The notes beneath the pieces were generated by a model. The model had not been told where the DNA came from and searched no databases. It was given only the letters and a program-made list of their open reading frames with translations. Below, one piece after another: positions 21,808 through 34,600 of a stretch of DNA of 64,000 bases. The position numbers and the translations under genes are program-made. Position 1 is the first letter of the stretch; each line of letters starts with the position of its first letter. The DNA comes from Paraphysomonas bandaiensis (taxonomy: Eukaryota > Protista > Chrysophyceae), in the NCBI GenBank assembly GCA_965644295.1, contig CBFFRP010000263.1, forward strand, positions 523,531 to 587,530, written 5' to 3'.

Positions 21808-24800
21808 CTATATATCTTTGCTGTATTGAATTACAAATCCACCTCCAGTTCTTCTTGCGGCCTTTTTAATCCTTTGTCTCTCTCTCGCTAAAGAAATCTT
21901 TCGTCGTTCTTCTCTTAAAGCATCTTCTGCACGCCGCTTGGTTAATTCGAAAGAGCGCAATGACTCATACTCTTTCAATTTTCTTTCCTCTTCACTTTTA
22001 TTCAAAACGACAGGTGGTGTCGTGTCTAGTTCCATATCAATAATGTTGGATGATATCATAAAGGGTGAGTACTGGATTTCAATTGCGCCCAAATCGGAAG
22101 CCATCTCAACTTTCATAAGATGTGGATGATCCTTATCACCAATGCGTTTAGCTATGACTCCAACTTTGCCTGCAGGATACTCCACAATATTAAGTGATGT
22201 CTCTGTATTACTTTCGTTTCCTTCCAGCCATATCGTCGCCTGCAGAAGAGGGCCACTTGTGCACTTATTTCCGTATTGATCTCGATACTGAAATACGATT
22301 TCCCTCTCATCCTCGCCCTCCATCCATGGCTGCAGAGCTTGACGTGGATTTATCATCTCTGTAAATATTGAAGATGGGGCGCCGGAGAACACGTTTAAGA
22401 TAGTGGAAAGAACAGTTTCACATCCTATCGAGACCTCCAAATTGGCTCTTCCAGATACTCTAAGGTTAGTGATGCAACGGGCAACTGTTCCACTATCTTC
22501 CCATTGTACAGATCCACTGCACGGTCGACATGGATCATCTTGCCACTTATAAAGCTGCACAAGCGCTCGAGCCGATATATCACTTTCCAGTGGGGTAATC
22601 ACGGTGCTCACATGGGGACAATTTCTCCTTATATCTATGCACACAGGCTTCCCATCTTCCCCGCGCATCTCTACGGATACTACTATATCGGAGTCAACAG
22701 TACATAGCTCCGGGAGCGTAATATTACACATTCGAGGAGAATACGGGGCTGCTGTAGCTGAAATACGTAAAGGTGCCCCTCCAACCAAGTTATCATTGTC
22801 TGTGCTGTTAAATCCTATATGCCACTCATACAGACGTGGCGATGCCGGCTGATTCAAATCAAATACACTTCTCCCCTCTGAATCTATATGGAAGTTCACC
22901 TTGAATGTATCGACAACGATGTCACCTTCCGACGTTCGACAGTCAGCATACAAACAAGAAACTGTTTCCGTGGGAGAATCAATTCTATTACCATATTTAT
23001 CGCATATGTATAAGACAAATGTAACACACGATCCACTTCTTACTGCTAACGGAGATTCATGAACTCTGTCTAAACCAATTGGCTTAAGATAACTCACGGT
23101 AGGACAGGGAGAGCTAGGAATTACTGTGACTTCAAAAGGAGACCCTCTAATATGTAATCCATCTATAGTAAGACTCAAAGAATAGCACCCAGCTATAGTC
23201 AGTCGACTATCTACGGTCCCCGAAAATGTTCCATCGAAGTTGTCATCAATCACAACTCGAGGAGTGTCACGGGGAGTAGAGCTTGACGGTACCCATGCGA
23301 TTTCAGGTTTCTGGTATGATAGAAATCCCTGAAGAACACTGCCTGAAAACTCTACAAGCCGCCCCTGTACATCACGAGATTGTACTGAGAACTTAAGTTT
23401 CTCCCCAGCAACAAGTGGGCTCTCAAGAGGCAGTCCTTTCAATGGGTGAGAAGTGTGACCGTACGCAATAATTGTAAGAAGAGCGTAGTGCTTGCGACCA
23501 CAAGATATTTGCCTTGCCTTCTTTCTCTTAGAGAATACACCTGCCTTAGTTGGAACAAGCCGCGAATCATCACCAGAGGTAAGAGTCTCTTTATGCTGAG
23601 CTCCTGGCAAACCCCATGTCCACACAGAACCACTCTCAGATACGGCAAACACCGCACCCTGCGAGCACGCAACCTCCTCGATAGCTTCACCATCCAATAC
23701 CGGAATATGTGTAAAAAACAGTTTATCCTGCGTATTTCCGCATCCCATTTGGCCAGCTATACCAAGACCGCATGTGAATACTCGGCGTTCAGCAGTTATC
23801 GCAACTGTAAACTCTTCGCCACAGCATACGTAAGCAAAGCGGGTCACCGGAGGTGGGAGAGTCTCTCCAGACTGAGTGTGCAAAACGTTAACTCTGCCTG
23901 GTGTTTTTAATTCGCTGCATGAATTCCCCAATCCTAGCTGACCAGATGTGTTTGAACCTGTTGTAAAGAGATTCCCATCGGAGTCCACAAATGCAGTGTG
24001 TGCTCCCCCACAAGATATGTGTACTAAATTCTCTCCAACAGTAATTGGCGTTGGCACGAGAACTGAGGCTCCATTTGAGTCGTGACCTAATGCCCCATAA
24101 GTATTCATTCCACAACCCCAAGCACTACCGTCATGCAGGAGAAACACCGTATGCGCTATCCCACATGCAACCGCCAAAACATCCTTACCTACCAAGTCTT
24201 GTATCTGCGCGGGTTCCCGCACACTGTCGGCGGCCCCCTGTCCAAGTTGCCCGTGCGCTCCCAATCCCCAAGAAAATACTCTACCATCAAGCGCAGATAC
24301 CACGGTATGCCCTGCTCCACATGATACAGCAACTACATGCACTCCGAGAAGTCCAGGTACGATTCCAGGTAATCGGTAGTGTTGCGTATCTGGGCGATCG
24401 ATTCCAACTTGCCCATACTTACTATCCCCCCATGAATACACTTCTCCAGTTCCAGTTACTGCCACAGTGTGCATCGCTCCGCAAGATATGTCCACCACAT
24501 GTTTCCCTCTAAGTTGCTCCACCATTGTAGGCGAGTGCTTGTCTTTTCCATCCGAGTGACCGAGGGCATGGGAATCACCAAGGCCCCAAGTAAATACACA
24601 CCCTTGACTAACTCTACTCTGTCCATCAGCCTCTACAGATGAATGTAGAGATGCAATTTCATTATCAATGTCCTTGTTCTCTGGACATAGCGACTTGGCT
24701 CTCTCTAGATGCTCCAGAGCCTCGGCATTGCGATTCAGCAATTTTAAAGACTGAAAGCATATAAGATATATGTACTAACACATAATTTGATTATCAACCT

Positions 24801-25083
24801 TGGCTGCTCTAAAGTACCCTTTTGGCCAGGAGGGCTGTAGATCGATTGCTCTTGTAGCATCTTCCAGGGCACGCTCATACTGACCACTGAGTGCAAACGA
24901 TGCAGAGCGATTGCTATATACCACTGCAGCATCCAAATCATCGTATGATACTGAACTATCATGTACAGACTGTAAACACTTTGTATACCAAATTACAGCC
25001 TCTAAATAATCCCCACTTTGAAATGATTTGTCACCATTCTGTTTTTCAATTGATCCCACATTCGTGGAAGCACCAGAACCCAT
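21808..25083 (-). CDS. TPR + RCC1-repeat + filamin/Ig-like repeat protein with N-myristoylation motif; exons 25083-24799 and 24750-21808
   Basis: MGSGAS N-terminus; TPR motif YSNRSA...PSWPKGYFRAA; 48-bp GT-AG intron (24751-24798) joins in frame; multiple RCC1 repeats (ISCGAMHT, VYSWG, GQLG); filamin motif DNFDGTF...HIRGSPFEV. Confidence 0.85.
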
Positions 25084-25550
25084 TTATAACATAAAACAGT
25101 ATTCTATATTCCACAATGACAATAAGGATAATAGTCTGTTAAGTATGTGTTTATATACCCATGAAATCACTATATAATGATTGATAGTTCTATATATATA
25201 TATATACTTTAAGAGGGATATCGTGTATATATATAAGTCATCTTCTACTTTCTTCTTATTCACGAATAATAATGCTGTATTAGTAATATCTCTTCACTTA
25301 TTGGGTCAAATGATTTTCGGTTTTTCCTTCTACTCAGATTTCCAGAAAAATAACTTAAAAATTGGGATTTACTACAGAATTAAAACCCATTCTGCATAAA
25401 AAGGAGCTTTTTCTTAAAAATCTACTGTATGTACAGCAGCAAAAGTGTGTATCATATGCGAGTGTTCTCTATATATGCATATCCAGAGGTAGATCATATC
25501 ACCTTCATATCATCATATGAATTAACAAGCCAATACTCATATAATTTAAT

Positions 25551-26384
25551 ATGGATAGTTATATAAATGAACAATGGCAATTATTTCATCATCTCGCTTA
25601 TCAACATGGTTATTCCAATCGACTATTATTTACATTAGGAGCATGTGGGATTGAGTTTGTAGCATACTACCTTCATTGCTGTTTTTTTCTCTGTGCTGAT
25701 TATATAGGGTTCCTTGACAACTATGCTATTCGGTCAGGAAAACACAGAAAACCAAGTGACAAACAACAATGGGAAGGCTTCAAAGAGGCTTCAGTTGATT
25801 TGTTCATTAAGAAGCCGATAATTTTGTATATGGTATTCCCGTATGTTACATGGGCTCTTGATTTTGAAACTGCCCCGGAACTATCTACAGCATTTCTTCA
25901 TTGGGTCTCCATGGAAATTCTTTTTTCTATAACTTTCTTTCTTGCTCACTGTACCCTTCATAAGGTCACGTTTTTATATAAGTATGTACACAAAGTTCAT
26001 CACACCTTCCACGAGTCCGTGGGTTTCGCAGCTCAGTTTGCACACCCCGTTGAAGCGGGACTGGCTGCCTTTCACATTCTCTTTGCTGTGGTGATCGTTC
26101 GACCACACTTTCTGACTTTTTTGGCCTTTTTATTTACCCGGCTGGTGGAAATCGTTGATGCGCACTGCGGTTATGAGGTCCCTTGGAACTGCCTATACCC
26201 GTGGTCTGGTTTCTACCCATGGGGATGCGGGGTACGAATGCATGATTATCACCATTCCCACAATAGAGGTTGTTATGGAGGAGGCGTACTAGGTATTTGG
26301 GATAGAATCTGTGGTACTGATAAAGACTTCCGGGAGTTCGAGAGTAGAGAGAGGACAGAAGTAAACAGGGAAAAGGCTAAATGA
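25551..26384 (+). CDS. Fatty-acid hydroxylase/sterol desaturase superfamily enzyme (ERG25/methylsterol monooxygenase-like)
   Basis: His boxes HCTLH, HKVHH and HDYHH, plus AQFAHPVE, DAHCGY and WDRICGTD motifs. Confidence 0.85.
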   Translation: MDSYINEQWQLFHHLAYQHGYSNRLLFTLGACGIEFVAYYLHCCFFLCADYIGFLDNYAIRSGKHRKPSDKQQWEGFKEASVDLFIKKPIILYMVFPYVTWALDFETAPELSTAFLHWVSMEILFSITFFLAHCTLHKVTFLYKYVHKVHHTFHESVGFAAQFAHPVEAGLAAFHILFAVVIVRPHFLTFLAFLFTRLVEIVDAHCGYEVPWNCLYPWSGFYPWGCGVRMHDYHHSHNRGCYGGGVLGIWDRICGTDKDFREFESRERTEVNREKAK

Positions 26385-26769
26385 AGCTTGCATTTACATT
26401 CATTATTGTGTGTATCATCTTGGTCTACTGTTGAGTTCTCGTTTATTGCTGTTTTAGAGTGGAAGAAATACCTTTCAGTTTATTTGTTATACGACATTTA
26501 TTGTTTCCAACTGTTAGTGTGGTAGTTATAAGTGGTTTCACTGAGTGTCGTACACATATGGCAATGATGTATTTAATATTATCCTCATTTTGTCTCGATA
26601 AGAGCTTTTTTTGACTTGATTTGGGCTCATCAGAACGCTCATATTAGTACCGGTCTAATATAGATATTCTACTTCAATATTCGGTTCGAACAGAACATAT
26701 CGTTTATTGAATATGATATTGATAGTCATTTAAACCGACTTTATCATTATAATATTATACAATTTTAGG

Positions 26770-28142
26770 GAGATGATGAATGAACTTTCAGCTGCAGATA
26801 TCCAAATACTCCAAGAAATATTTGGCTCGTCGTCTGATGAAGAAGACCACGTATGATGTCAATGCAGGTATCTCACTTCAAACTCAGGACTTCGCAGAAA
26901 TACGTCCAGCGTTTTGATTTGATGCTGAAGGTGATTTGGAGCAGTGGCACTCATTCCTTTCAGGGTTTGGGTCACGGCGAGCCTAGCAAGACTGCATCGA
27001 TAAGTTCTTTTGTTGGCGTGCCTCATACGATACAGTGAACAAATCCATATGTGCCTTTTGCTGAAGTATTTTGACTTTCAGAGGGAACAACTGAATACTG
27101 ATAACCAACGTATGTATGCACCAACAACAACAAGGATGACTTGCATTTTTTTCAAGATATTGGGCTTCTACGGGACGTGGAGATCTGAAAATATTGTGCC
27201 CACTGCTTGACACTAATCTGAGTAAGTGGAAAAGACGTATACAGTTAAAAAGGTCTATGCATTTGAAAAAGAACATATCGGTAAGCAATAGCAAAAAGCT
27301 ATTCATCAACTTAAACTTTGACAGTATATTTTGTTGCACCGTATTTGCGTCTCTGCCTGATGCCGAAATTCGTTCTCCTCGCAAGGCATATATTTGCGGT
27401 GGAAGTGCACTTGGCGCCCGCAGTAACTTGCATCAATTATTTCAATTTGAAGACATTGAATTACGCTATTATGCAGACCGAATAAGTCACTGCTACTATG
27501 TCACGGGGAGTCTAATGAAACAGCAGGGCCCTATAAACACAGACCGTACTTGGCAAATAATATCTGACACGCCTGGAATTAAAACTCTTGATAATTATAT
27601 TGCTGCCTTTTCACCGGAATTACAAACAGGTATGTACTCTCAACAACCTGTATATAATATATATATATAGTATCACTCTATATGTTGTGCAGGTCGATTT
27701 CTTCGTAAGTTTATGACACGTTAGGATAAACTTGTAGCAACTCAATCCGTCATAATTGGAGAAAATGTAACTTCAAACTTCGGGAAGGATATTGCCCGAG
27801 ACACCAGAAATGTACACAGGACATTGGAGTTGTCGACAAACATGCTCAATGAATGCTAATGCAAGCTGCACTTTAAGTGAAATTAAATCTGTATTTAAGC
27901 ACATGAGGGACAGAACTTTAGATGGCTATATAGATTCTGCTATCCCTATGAAGATAACAGCGTCCGAGTCAGTTGCACTGGCAGGGGTTAAGCGTATTGT
28001 TCATAGTAGTGATGACAATGATGATGCAAGTGACAATAAAAAGCTTCGTGCGACTACAATTTTGCACATTCATGGAAACATCACTTGCACGAATTTCAAT
28101 ACCTCGCAGTTGCCATTCCCTCAACTTCCTTCTGCGGAATAG
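26770..28142 (+). pseudogene. Decayed Crypton-like tyrosine recombinase
   Basis: Splicing 27630-27692 gives TGRFLRKF..*..QSVIIGENVTSNFGKDIA, then a frameshift to PEMYTGHWSCRQT...IK....H......GYIDS. This resembles the YTGHxxRRT...GY C-terminus of Crypton recombinases. The 5' boundary is approximate. Confidence 0.55.
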
Positions 28143-28346
28143 GGATACAGTTGTTGTAGCTATTGTTTTAGTATAGCACAGTTGACGCTCCCATGTATGT
28201 AGATAAATTTGATTTGAGATTTGATTTTTCATTAGTTTTCTTAATAATTCTAATCAGAGAATAGCTATTTCTTCTACCAGCAAGCTACAAACATACGTAC
28301 TAAATAGTAGATATTCAACTTCATGAGGATTGAGGATAAGCTACAA

Positions 28347-28467
28347 TTTAACCTAGGGATAAGGAGTATCGTCCCTTGTCTAAATTTTAAAACTCGGGCC
28401 TTTCGCCCTCGTTTCAAAATTTTGAGTGCGGGAGGAATATATAGCCTCCTTATTGCCCGTGGTTAAA
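28347..28467. repeat. ~120-bp foldback downstream of the recombinase remnant
   Basis: Outer arms TTTAACCTAGGGATAAGGAG / CTCCTTATTGCCCGTGGTTAAA; inner arms AAATTTTAAAACTCGGGC / GCCCTCGTTTCAAAATTT. Confidence 0.7.
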
Positions 28468-28851
28468 TATAACTATATCAGCATTTTGGATATTTTTAAT
28501 GCGGTTATGTAGTAGGCTCCTAATATATAAATTATATCTGACGTTGTATAAACAACGCAATATACATAATATGTAGATACGTAATATATGTACCACTAAC
28601 TTCACATACGAAAGTGTTTTTAGCATCTATTCGGTGGACAGTATTTCGAAAGAGAAGTGCTACGTTCCATCCGAGGTCATACATGTCTATTGGACATAAC
28701 ATTTTCAGAATGGCAAGTAAAACATTATGTATATAGCTAGATCAGTTGTTGCGTTGTTGCACACCATCGTGATATGGTTGATATTTATTTAGTGTTAACC
28801 ACAAGTAGATCTGATTCTCAAAAAACTAATCTTATCATCATATTATTATAT

Positions 28852-30600
28852 ATTGAATGTCTGATTATTTAGCAATAGGCGTTGAAAGCCTGCACCAATT
28901 AGTGGCTAGAAGAATGCTAGTCATACTAGTTAGACTACTACCCGTAACTAATCAATACAAACTCTTTTATCCTACTATTTAACGCTACAGAAGCTGCTTG
29001 TGCGTCGCCGCAAGCACCAAGGTGCAACCACTTCCGTTCTTAGTGTGTGTTATGAGGCTCGCCATGATCGTGTGTCCTGGGACTCACCGGCGCGTGTGAT
29101 CTGGAGGTCTCCTCTTGGGATGAGACTCCACTCGCTATATGATAGATAGCCTTATGTACCTCACGGGGACTGACTTATTAGCCTTATGGCAGTTAGGGGA
29201 AACAGTAATATGCCCTTCTGAGATTGGCGATCTGGTGGCCTTCCTTTAGGCATTGTTCCAAGTGGCTCGGAGGTATGTGGATGAAGGTCTTGCAAAAGGT
29301 TATGGCCTACTGTGAAGAAGCGTCGAAATCGGCTCTTTTGCTGTCTTAGCCAGCGGTAGAGAACACATGCAAGAGGGTGTATAGCTGTACAGGGGTGGGA
29401 TGTGAGGGTCATCCGGTGTGTCCAGCTACAGGGAGTCGAGAGGGAGTGTGATGGTGCAAGAGAGGCAACATCTGATTGAGGGGAGTGAGACTGCGCAACA
29501 GAACAAGAGTCACTGAGGTCGAGTACTCTGATAGCCCTATGCACGAGATGATCGTGATGATGATGATGGTCTGGAGGAGACACTCGGACGTCCTCAGCTG
29601 CCCTTGTTAGTGTCTGTGTTGGTGCAGGGGGGTACAGGCTGAGGCATAGAGTACGTGTGTAAGGAAGATGACGGCAAGGTATCAGAGACGAAGGGAGGGG
29701 AGATAGTTTGTCTGGGGGTTTTCTAGGAGGAGGTAGAGTGTACTGTGTGTGTGTATGACACTGCAGTGGTGTTATGAGTGTGTTGGACAGAGAGAGAGAG
29801 CTGGTGATGTGTCCAGCAGTACAGGTAGACAGGTACATGGACATGGTGATGTGTCCAACAGTACAGGTATACAGGTACATGGACATGGTGATGTGTCCAA
29901 CAGTACAGGTATACAGGTACATGGACATGGTGATGTGTCCAACAGCAGTAGAGGTATACACGGAATGGTATACATCCTGTAGGACACAGTAGTACAGTAG
30001 TCGAGTATACCGTATGCGGAATACAGTGTCTATCCAATGAGATGGATGGGCTGTGGGGGTGATAGGTGAACAGGGTGAGGGGGTAGCCTGCTGGGTGGAT
30101 GGACCACAGACAAACCATGTTGGGTTGGGTTGAGTGGGCGGCAGAAGGCAGCCCTGTTGCACAGTTGAGAGGGATCGAGAGTATTCAGTGATTGCATAGG
30201 GGGTCCATGGGGGTCGTTTTCGTGAGCCTGCTCGCACGAGCCATGTTCTGAGAGGTTGTAGCCGTAGAAAGCGATGGGTGAGACGAAGTTGTCTGCTGAG
30301 GGGATAGCACATAGGTGCGGTCAGCGCTGCATTGGTGCAGGCACGTGGTTTAACTGAAGTAGTTGAGTAGGGTGAAGGTTGCAAGGCCAGGCAGGGGGCT
30401 TGGAGCGTGTACAACATGGTGTGACAGGTAATTTGTCGGAAGCGTGGTGGTCAACAAAATGCAGCAGTAAGGGAGTGTAAAAGGCCCTGGGCACACTGAT
30501 GTGACTCAGCCACGGTCTCAATAGAGACATTGGGCTTGGAGCTGGTTAATAGGGTGAAACTTTATGTTGGACTGTATTTGCCATCGTAGGGCAGAGAATT
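28852..30600 (-). mobile_element. 1749-bp retroposon insertion with the same 3' tail as the LINE but a different body
   Basis: 14-bp TSD TCATATTATTATAT at 28838-28851 and 30601-30614. Segment 28852-29120 is homologous to 18030-18298, including a PKxRPPD-coding segment. Confidence 0.75.
29802..29960. repeat. 42-bp minisatellite, about 3.8 copies
   Basis: TGGTGATGTGTCCAACAGTACAGGTATACAGGTACATGGACA units start at 29802, 29844, 29886 and 29928. Confidence 0.95.
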
Positions 30601-31602
30601 TCATATTATTATATTTAATCAAGTAGTTGACTTGCAATGCTACGTTATATAGTAGCAGCACTCTGTTCTAGTGCATACATATATACTTGATCAGCTAGCC
30701 GCATACAGAAGCTATAATAATCATATTCTTCACTAGCTACATCATTTATATCACTATAGGCATTAAACGTATTTTGCAAAATGCAGCCAAACGCAAACGA
30801 ATCCTGCTTACCCCGTTCACCTTCAACACCTTTTCCCCCATGCTCGTGCGGCCATATCGGTTATACCAAACTTCTTTTTGATGTATCAATAGCAGGACGA
30901 TGGTGATGGGTACCTCGTCGACCATATCGTGTGTATGAATTGCTCATAGCAGTCCTAAACTTAGCATCATTTTGGCCATCATGCTGATTATCTCGCCCGT
31001 AGTCTTGTTATAAACGCCAGCAAAGTCCCCCACCTTGCGTATCTTCTTCTTAAGCATATCAGTTTGAAGATTGAATCGATTAGGGTGAACGGCTCCAATG
31101 TACTTAATGTTTTATTGATTCAAGAATTCTGTTGAGAAACGCTCATTTTACACTAGATCACAGAGAGAATTTGTCGTAAGACTAGATAGATTTATTAGTA
31201 TCGTTTACACGAAGTTGTGATAACCAACACTAACTCATTATAATCCCTGCATAATATCCTACATATGCGAACCTCTCGTTACTGAACATATCTTGAACGA
31301 TCAAACTATTTCAGTTTCTCAATATCATCACAACATTTGTACATCACTATATTTCACTGTATTCTCGTACATTGTCTTGAAGTGACATACTGAATATACT
31401 AGAATAAGATCCATATTCTAATACTCCCACTCAATGTAGAATGCAGTGAGATAAAACAGCAGTGATCACAATAATCTGATAATGCTATGACTATCTAGTC
31501 CCATAGGTAAAAACAGATGTGAAATCTTTTAAAGATACATATATATCTAGCAGTCAACTAGATATACAGTTATGTGGGATTTTCACCCACTAAAACACAC
31601 CT

Positions 31603-34600
31603 TTAACCTCTTCGGGGTCGTTTCTTCTGCTGCTCCTCCACACTGTTAGACACACTCCTCTTAACCCCGGTAATCGTTTTCTCATGACGGCTGAAGATCT
31701 TCGTGGACAACGCCTTTGTAAAAATATCGGCCGCCATATCATCCGTAGATACATGAATCAACTTTGCTGTAGGAAATTTTCCATTAACATGTTCTCTTAT
31801 CCAGTGATACTTGATGTCAATATGCTTCGACCTCTTATGGTACACTGGATTCTCTGAAAGATCCTTTGCACTCTTACTATCCATAAAGAATGGAGTCGGC
31901 TTCGCTACCAAGAGTCCGAGCTCCTTGAACACCCCCCGAAGCCACACCAGTTCTTGCAAAGCCGCATACTCCGCCATATACTCAGATTCCATGCTCGAAG
32001 TCGCAACTGTGGTCTGAAGCTTGGACTGCCAGGCCAAAGCGCCCGCACATAAAAGCACGATGTATCCCGTTGTGGACCGCCTAGTCATCCTATCACCAGC
32101 CCAGTCTGAATCACTGAATACATGTAAATCAAACTCACTCCCACTGAATCTGATTCCCTTATCAACTGTACCACGTAAATATTTCAACAAATGAATAGCT
32201 AATCTGCAAGTCGCATATGTTGGAGAAGTACTAAATCGAGCCAATAACCCCACAGCGTAAGCCAGATCAGGTCTAGTGTGAATCGCCAAATGCAACACCG
32301 CTCCAATAATTCCTCTATACGGAAATGATTCGACCCACTGCTTCTGCTCCTCCGTCAGCTCACGTTGCTCTGCCAACAAATCCTGAACATTGGTAGGTAG
32401 TGGAGTCTCCTTATTCTTACTGCTCTTTCCCATAAACGAACTGAATTTCTTTACAATATTCTTGGCATATTCCGATTGATCTAACATGTACCAGTCCTCG
32501 CCTCTCGTGATTCTGATATTCAGAAACCGTTTGCACACACCCAGATCGTGCATTTCAAACGTTTCGCAGAACCTACGTTTAACACTTTCTAAGTAGGTGA
32601 GATCAGCAGATGCAATGATAATATCATCAACATATATCAGCAATAAGTGCAATTGACCATTACTCCATCGCATATACAAGCATGTATCTAAAATGCAAGC
32701 AGTAAAATGTAACGATTTGATGAACTTGTCAATATGCTTGTTCCACTGCCTCGGTGATGACCGCAAACCATATAAGGCCTTGATCAATTGAAAACACCAC
32801 CCCGCTGGCAACTCTTCATCAGGTGGAGGTGCCATATAAACATCCTCTTCAAGATCGGCATAACAAAACGCTGATGATACGTCCAACTGATGTACATGCA
32901 TATGAAACATAAAGGCAATTGCAAGCACCAGTCGAATGGTTATTCCTTTGACCACTGGAGCAAACGTGGACTGCTCCTCCTCCGTTTTTTCTTGTAGATT
33001 CCCTAATGCAACCAGCCGCGCCTTATACTTGACTACATTCCCCAGAAGGTCTCTCTTCACCGTGTGAACATACTTTGCTCGCACCAACTTCACTCCTCGT
33101 GGAGTCCGCACAATCTTTAAGACACGTCTCTTCAGTAGTGAGGTCTTCTCCACCTTCCGAGCTTCTCTCCACTTCATGTACTGTGGAGATCTCTCTGCTT
33201 CAGCATAGGAGTCTGGTATCTTAAAGTCATCATGTTGAAACTCTGCATGTTTAAAGTTAACAGTGCATGCATCTGGCACCTCAACCATATTTATTTCTCC
33301 TAACACCGATGCGTTCGCCAACCTACGCTGTAGCCGTTTCCGCCGTACACGACCATCACCATCTAGTTCAATAGGTCGTCTAGTAGATATATACGAACCC
33401 ATACCTTGCTCATCCTGAGCCCGCAAATCTTGCGGTGTGGGAGGAGCCCCGCTCGCATCCCCAGACCCATGGTCTGTCGAGGTCTGCAACCTCACGACTG
33501 TCTGTTGACAGGTTGGGTCAGGACTCTCCTGGAACCCTCCAGGTCTTCCCTGGTCCAGCTCCCTGGCTGGCGTAGTACTCAGGGCGTCCCCCTTTCCTAT
33601 GTACCCGGTATTCCCGGGGGTTTCTGCAGTCATACGCACCACGTCTTCGACGTGTATAGGCACCCGGTGCTCTATATGCTCGCGACCTGCAGTAACAAGT
33701 GAACGGTATGCTACAATCACACCCTTACGTTCTACAACTCTTGTTGTCTTATACAGAAGTCCGTCCTCATCATCAATATGATACGTTCCTTCTAAGCTGA
33801 CATAGTCGGATGCAAGCTTGGGTCTAGCGGCCTCCCGCACTCGAAGAGCATCAATCTCTGCGAAATACTTCTCTGATCGTGATGGCGTTGACTCATCAGT
33901 CAATATATGGACTGTAGTCACCACCTTGTTTGATTCAGGAAGATATACATGGTATCCTACCTTCTCATCAGAGTAACCCATTAAATATCCAACTAGAGCC
34001 TTATCCTCCCAATCCTTTCGTCGATCCGCCTTCGGTGAAAGAACATAAGTTCGACACCCCCATACCCTAAGATATCTCAAATTTGGAGGCTCGCCCGTTA
34101 GAAACTCTATAGGAGACATATACCCTTTATCTGTTTTCGTTGGCAATCGAATCAAAATATATCTGGCTGCCATGTATGCATCCAGCCAAAATTGCGGTGG
34201 CAGTCCAGATTGGATTAGCATTGCAAGAGTCATCTCTCCAGCAGTTCTGAACTTCCTCTCCTCTATGGCATTCATTTCTGGAGAGTCTGTTGAGCTCCAC
34301 GTATGTTGATAGCACTCCTGTGTCCTAAGATACTGACGCAGCTCCTCACTGATTAATTCTCCTGCACCATCGGCATGATAGTGCTCCATCTTGAGCTTGT
34401 ACCTTCTAACATCTCCTCTAAATAGCTCTTTGAAGACTTCTAAGACCGCTTCCCCAGTTCTGTGGACTAAACCCGTCGCCCAGAACATTTTGCTGGCATG
34501 ATGCGTTATCTTTAACACATACCTCTCACCTCCTCTAGCAGGACAATTTAAGTACACAGCGATATCTGCTGAAAAATTCGGTCTAACGGAATTCTCGTCC

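Noticed and set aside
29161-30417. 418-aa ORF as a host gene
   Set aside because: It lies wholly within a TSD-flanked retroposon, is low in complexity, includes a minisatellite and has no recognisable domain.
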